Source: Thermoproteota archaeon
GTDB taxonomy: Archaea > Asgardarchaeota > Njordarchaeia > Njordarchaeales > Panguiarchaeaceae
Direction of reading: 5' to 3'
DNA length: 64,000 nucleotides
Assembly (NCBI GenBank): GCA_024720975.1
Contig: JANJXX010000003.1
Coordinates: forward strand, 64,001 to 128,000
In this document: positions 61,161-64,000 of the stretch, piece after piece
Layout of the letters: each line of letters begins with the position of its first letter
How positions within the stretch are numbered: the stretch's first letter is position 1
Translations under genes and position numbers: made by a program
Notes under the pieces: model-generated
Told to the model about the DNA's origin: nothing
What the model saw: the letters and a program-made list of their open reading frames with translations, nothing else
The model's database searches: none

Positions 61161-62552
61161 CTATAATGTTTCTATTAGGACCTGTTGTTTTGGACCAATT
61201 TCCGGTCTCCAACCATAACTGAAAACTATATTCTCACCGCTGCGGGCTAGGTTTCTTTTTATGAGCTCCTTTTTCATCGTCTCAAAATCAGGCATGGACT
61301 TTGTGTAGATTGGTTTTGCTCCCCATATAACGTTCAAGTATCTTGAGGTCCTCTTAGAATTTGCAAAGCCGTATACAGTGATTTTTGGTCTAAACCTCAC
61401 TATTGCCAGCACGGTTCTACCATATGTCGTATACACTGCTATTTTGGCGTTGATCATATTGGCCAGTGCTACTAATCCCCTGTTAAATTTAACGTACGTT
61501 GGATCATCCTTATCCGCTTTTAATTCACTGAGCTCGATATGTTCTTCTGCTTCACTAGCTATCTTCGCAACGGTTCTGACTGCATTTATGGGGTCATTAC
61601 CTATAGCAGTTTCGCTACATAGTATGACGCCATCAAAACCTTTCGCTACCAAATTTGCGAGAATTACTGCATCACTTCTCTTTATCTTTGAGTTGAAGAC
61701 TAAAGACTCTAACATTGGAGGTACAACTAAAATTGGCTTTAGGGTCTTCAGGGCTACTCGAATGGCCAAATCTTCTAGGAACATATCCGAAATAGGTCGT
61801 TCCTCCTCGACTAGCATATTTTCGATATTTTCCTTTGCAAAAACGATTCCATCGCTTTTTTCGGCGATTGCTTCTAGCTTGGGTAGAGCTTCAGCATTTT
61901 CAATTCTAGCCAGAATACGAACATCTTGTTTATACGTGTCTAGAAAACTTCGAACAACTTCTAGATCACTTGGATCAAGAACATCGGGTATCATTAAAAT
62001 ATCTATGTCTCTTTTCATCAGAAAATCTATTATTTTCTCATCCTCACGAGTTATAGGAGGTAAGTTTAAGAGGGATTTTCGGCGAAGAGCTATGCGGGCG
62101 CTTGATCTAAGAATACCCCCATCTATTACTGTCCCCTCAACTTCAAAGTCTTTTATATCATCTACACGAATAGCGATCCTACCGTCAGCAAGAAGTATTC
62201 TATCATTTGGACTTATAATCCTGGTTGGAATCTCATATGGTACCGGAATCACGTGAGTTTCCTCACTTCTTTCAGTGCCAAATTCTAAGACAACTTTTTC
62301 TCCGGGATCCAGACGCGTCTCCGGCATATTACCTATTCTCAGCGTGCGCCCCTTGATCTCTGCAATGATGGGTATAGGCTCCTCTAGTTCATCCTCAATT
62401 TTTCTTATGGACTTTATTATCTGATCCTTCTCGTCTAGTGATCCGTAGACCATATTTATCCTAAAGGCGGAGACTCCAGCTTTTATCATTTCATATATCG
62501 TTTTTAGGTTGCTTGATGATGGACCTAATGTTGCAGCTAACTTTATTTTCAT
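61161..62552 (-). CDS. Pyruvate kinase homologue with degenerate active site
   Basis: ATLGPSS, DRILLADG, SETAIG and the C-terminal domain are retained; ARGDLG, KIE and ATQM are substituted. Confidence 0.85.
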   Translation of the reverse strand: MKIKLAATLGPSSSNLKTIYEMIKAGVSAFRINMVYGSLDEKDQIIKSIRKIEDELEEPIPIIAEIKGRTLRIGNMPETRLDPGEKVVLEFGTERSEETHVIPVPYEIPTRIISPNDRILLADGRIAIRVDDIKDFEVEGTVIDGGILRSSARIALRRKSLLNLPPITREDEKIIDFLMKRDIDILMIPDVLDPSDLEVVRSFLDTYKQDVRILARIENAEALPKLEAIAEKSDGIVFAKENIENMLVEEERPISDMFLEDLAIRVALKTLKPILVVPPMLESLVFNSKIKRSDAVILANLVAKGFDGVILCSETAIGNDPINAVRTVAKIASEAEEHIELSELKADKDDPTYVKFNRGLVALANMINAKIAVYTTYGRTVLAIVRFRPKITVYGFANSKRTSRYLNVIWGAKPIYTKSMPDFETMKKELIKRNLARSGENIVFSYGWRPEIGPKQQVLIETL

Positions 62553-62558
62553 AGTATT

Positions 62559-64000
62559 CTACCAGTAAATTTCTCTTTCAAAAAGGGAGATAAGCTCTTC
62601 CTCTATGCCTTTCTCCTCCATTTTAGCAAGTATATACATGCACGTAAGAGGCCCAGTTCCGCTTTCTTTCAGAGCTTTGTTAAGTAACTCTCCCGTTTTT
62701 TTAAGTGCCCTCACAGCAGTTCTCAGGGTGACTATGGGTCTGTATCCAGAAAGAATCATTTTAGACACAACGAATGGAACATTACTGAGTGCTAGGTTTC
62801 TTAGTGCACATGGAACTTCAACAAATCCCATAAGAGGATCGCAGGCAAGTCCTTGTATAGCTTGTAATGCGATAGAAGCCGCGTCTAAAACCATTTTTGA
62901 CCTTACTTTTGGTTCCTGACTGCCGGCGAGCAGGTCGACAATCGCTGATGCCGCCATGGCGAGGGAAACACCTATCTCTGCCTGGCATCCATGTAGAGAT
63001 CCTGATAACGACATATTATTACCAATGAAGCCACCTATCAGACCTCCAACGTAGATTCCATTCGTTATTTCCTCAATGCTAAGACCAAATTCTTCCATAG
63101 CCGCTCTAAGAACCGCTGGGAATACACTTGAGGCTCCGCCTGTTGGAGCACTAACAACGATTTCCATTTCAGAATTACGTACAGCTACATTCAGTGCATA
63201 ACTAAGAACTCTTGAGTGAAGATCATCATTTGAAAAACCCTTCATTGGAATCTCGTGCCTGAGGAACTTGGAGTATCTTAAGCTATCCGGGGGGCTGCTC
63301 GTAGAGTTATACATAACATCCCAAAGTTCCCTGATAATTCTTCTGGATTCCGTTATGATGCTAGATTCCCTGTAGGCTACATACTCGCCAACGGTTCCCT
63401 CTTTAACTTCTTTGAGGATAATCTCATCAGCATTTTTAAGAAATTCTGCTCCGGAATTTATGTCTTTTTTTGAGAAAGGAAGCCTATCTTCCAAATGATT
63501 CAGAGTGTCAGCTGATAGGTAGATCCATATCGGTATCGATTCTGAAAATAAATTTGCTAGTACATCTTTCATATTATTCTTAATATTTGGAATGTTTAAT
63601 ATACCGCCTCCAATAGAATCAAACAGCGCGTTGGTGACACCATAGGTGAGCTCCAGCCTCCACACTATATCCTCATCTTCTAGACTGCTAAATGCTACCT
63701 CGAGTGAGTGCGTTAGATCGTATTCATTTTCATTTTCAAATGTTCGCTTAATCTCTGAGAAGACCTGTCTTCCCTTGTCAGAAAAATATGCACCAAGTAG
63801 ACCTAAGATAAGTGCTCTAATAGATCTATGTCCTATGAAGGAATACATCGTTTTTGACGGATTCTTACACGATATTACGATTCTAAGCTTTTCTTTTAAT
63901 AAGTCTAGTGTTATGTCCTGACCTAGATTTGCCAGGTAATTGCGGAATATATATCCCATTACGAGCGGGGCCGCTGAATGAGAACTCGAAGGCCCTACTA
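62559..64000 (-). CDS. sdaA: Fe-S L-serine dehydratase, fused beta+alpha chain (5' end outside window)
   Basis: APTGGA, GCQAEIG, GLACDP, VPCALRN. The frame continues upstream of ATG 63959 as VGPSSSHSAAP (beta-domain motif) to the window edge. Confidence 0.88.
   Translation of the reverse strand, partial: VGPSSSHSAAPLVMGYIFRNYLANLGQDITLDLLKEKLRIVISCKNPSKTMYSFIGHRSIRALILGLLGAYFSDKGRQVFSEIKRTFENENEYDLTHSLEVAFSSLEDEDIVWRLELTYGVTNALFDSIGGGILNIPNIKNNMKDVLANLFSESIPIWIYLSADTLNHLEDRLPFSKKDINSGAEFLKNADEIILKEVKEGTVGEYVAYRESSIITESRRIIRELWDVMYNSTSSPPDSLRYSKFLRHEIPMKGFSNDDLHSRVLSYALNVAVRNSEMEIVVSAPTGGASSVFPAVLRAAMEEFGLSIEEITNGIYVGGLIGGFIGNNMSLSGSLHGCQAEIGVSLAMAASAIVDLLAGSQEPKVRSKMVLDAASIALQAIQGLACDPLMGFVEVPCALRNLALSNVPFVVSKMILSGYRPIVTLRTAVRALKKTGELLNKALKESGTGPLTCMYILAKMEEKGIEEELISLFEREIYW

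Noticed and set aside
60241-62919. Long plus-strand ORFs (60241-60873, 61378-62256, 62605-62919)
   Set aside because: They lie antisense to well-supported minus-strand genes.
1-64000. CRISPR arrays, tRNA/rRNA genes, transposases, integrases, selenoprotein read-through
   Set aside because: I saw no periodic nucleotide repeats, cloverleafs, mobile-element motifs or in-frame TGA at conserved Cys positions by eye.

Overview
Gene-dense, AT-leaning archaeal chromosome segment. GGTGA Shine-Dalgarno sites, XPD, L13e, DUF2070, TtuA and WD40 genes suggest a TACK/Asgard-type archaeon (inference). I found no rRNA, tRNA, CRISPR array or mobile element. The main feature is absent from the ORF track because its stop lies outside the window: a minus-strand ORF from 8540 to the left edge (>2846 aa) with an N-terminal membrane anchor and about 18 tandem ~140-aa LEA_2/WHy-like beta-sandwich units. 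It sits 10 nt downstream of a 1686-aa surface protein with an apparently dead zincin-like protease domain, Ig-like repeats and a C-terminal anchor. Other notable loci: a 1988-aa gingipain (C25) on a long beta-helix stalk, downstream of a membrane-anchored STAND-like ATPase; a pyruvate kinase homologue lacking catalytic residues, coupled to an Fe-S L-serine dehydratase that runs off the right edge; an L13e fusion; an EamA-Lrp/AsnC fusion with a stand-alone partner; tandem YbjN-like paralogues; and several possible sRNA loci. All calls come from reading motifs by eye; no searches were run.
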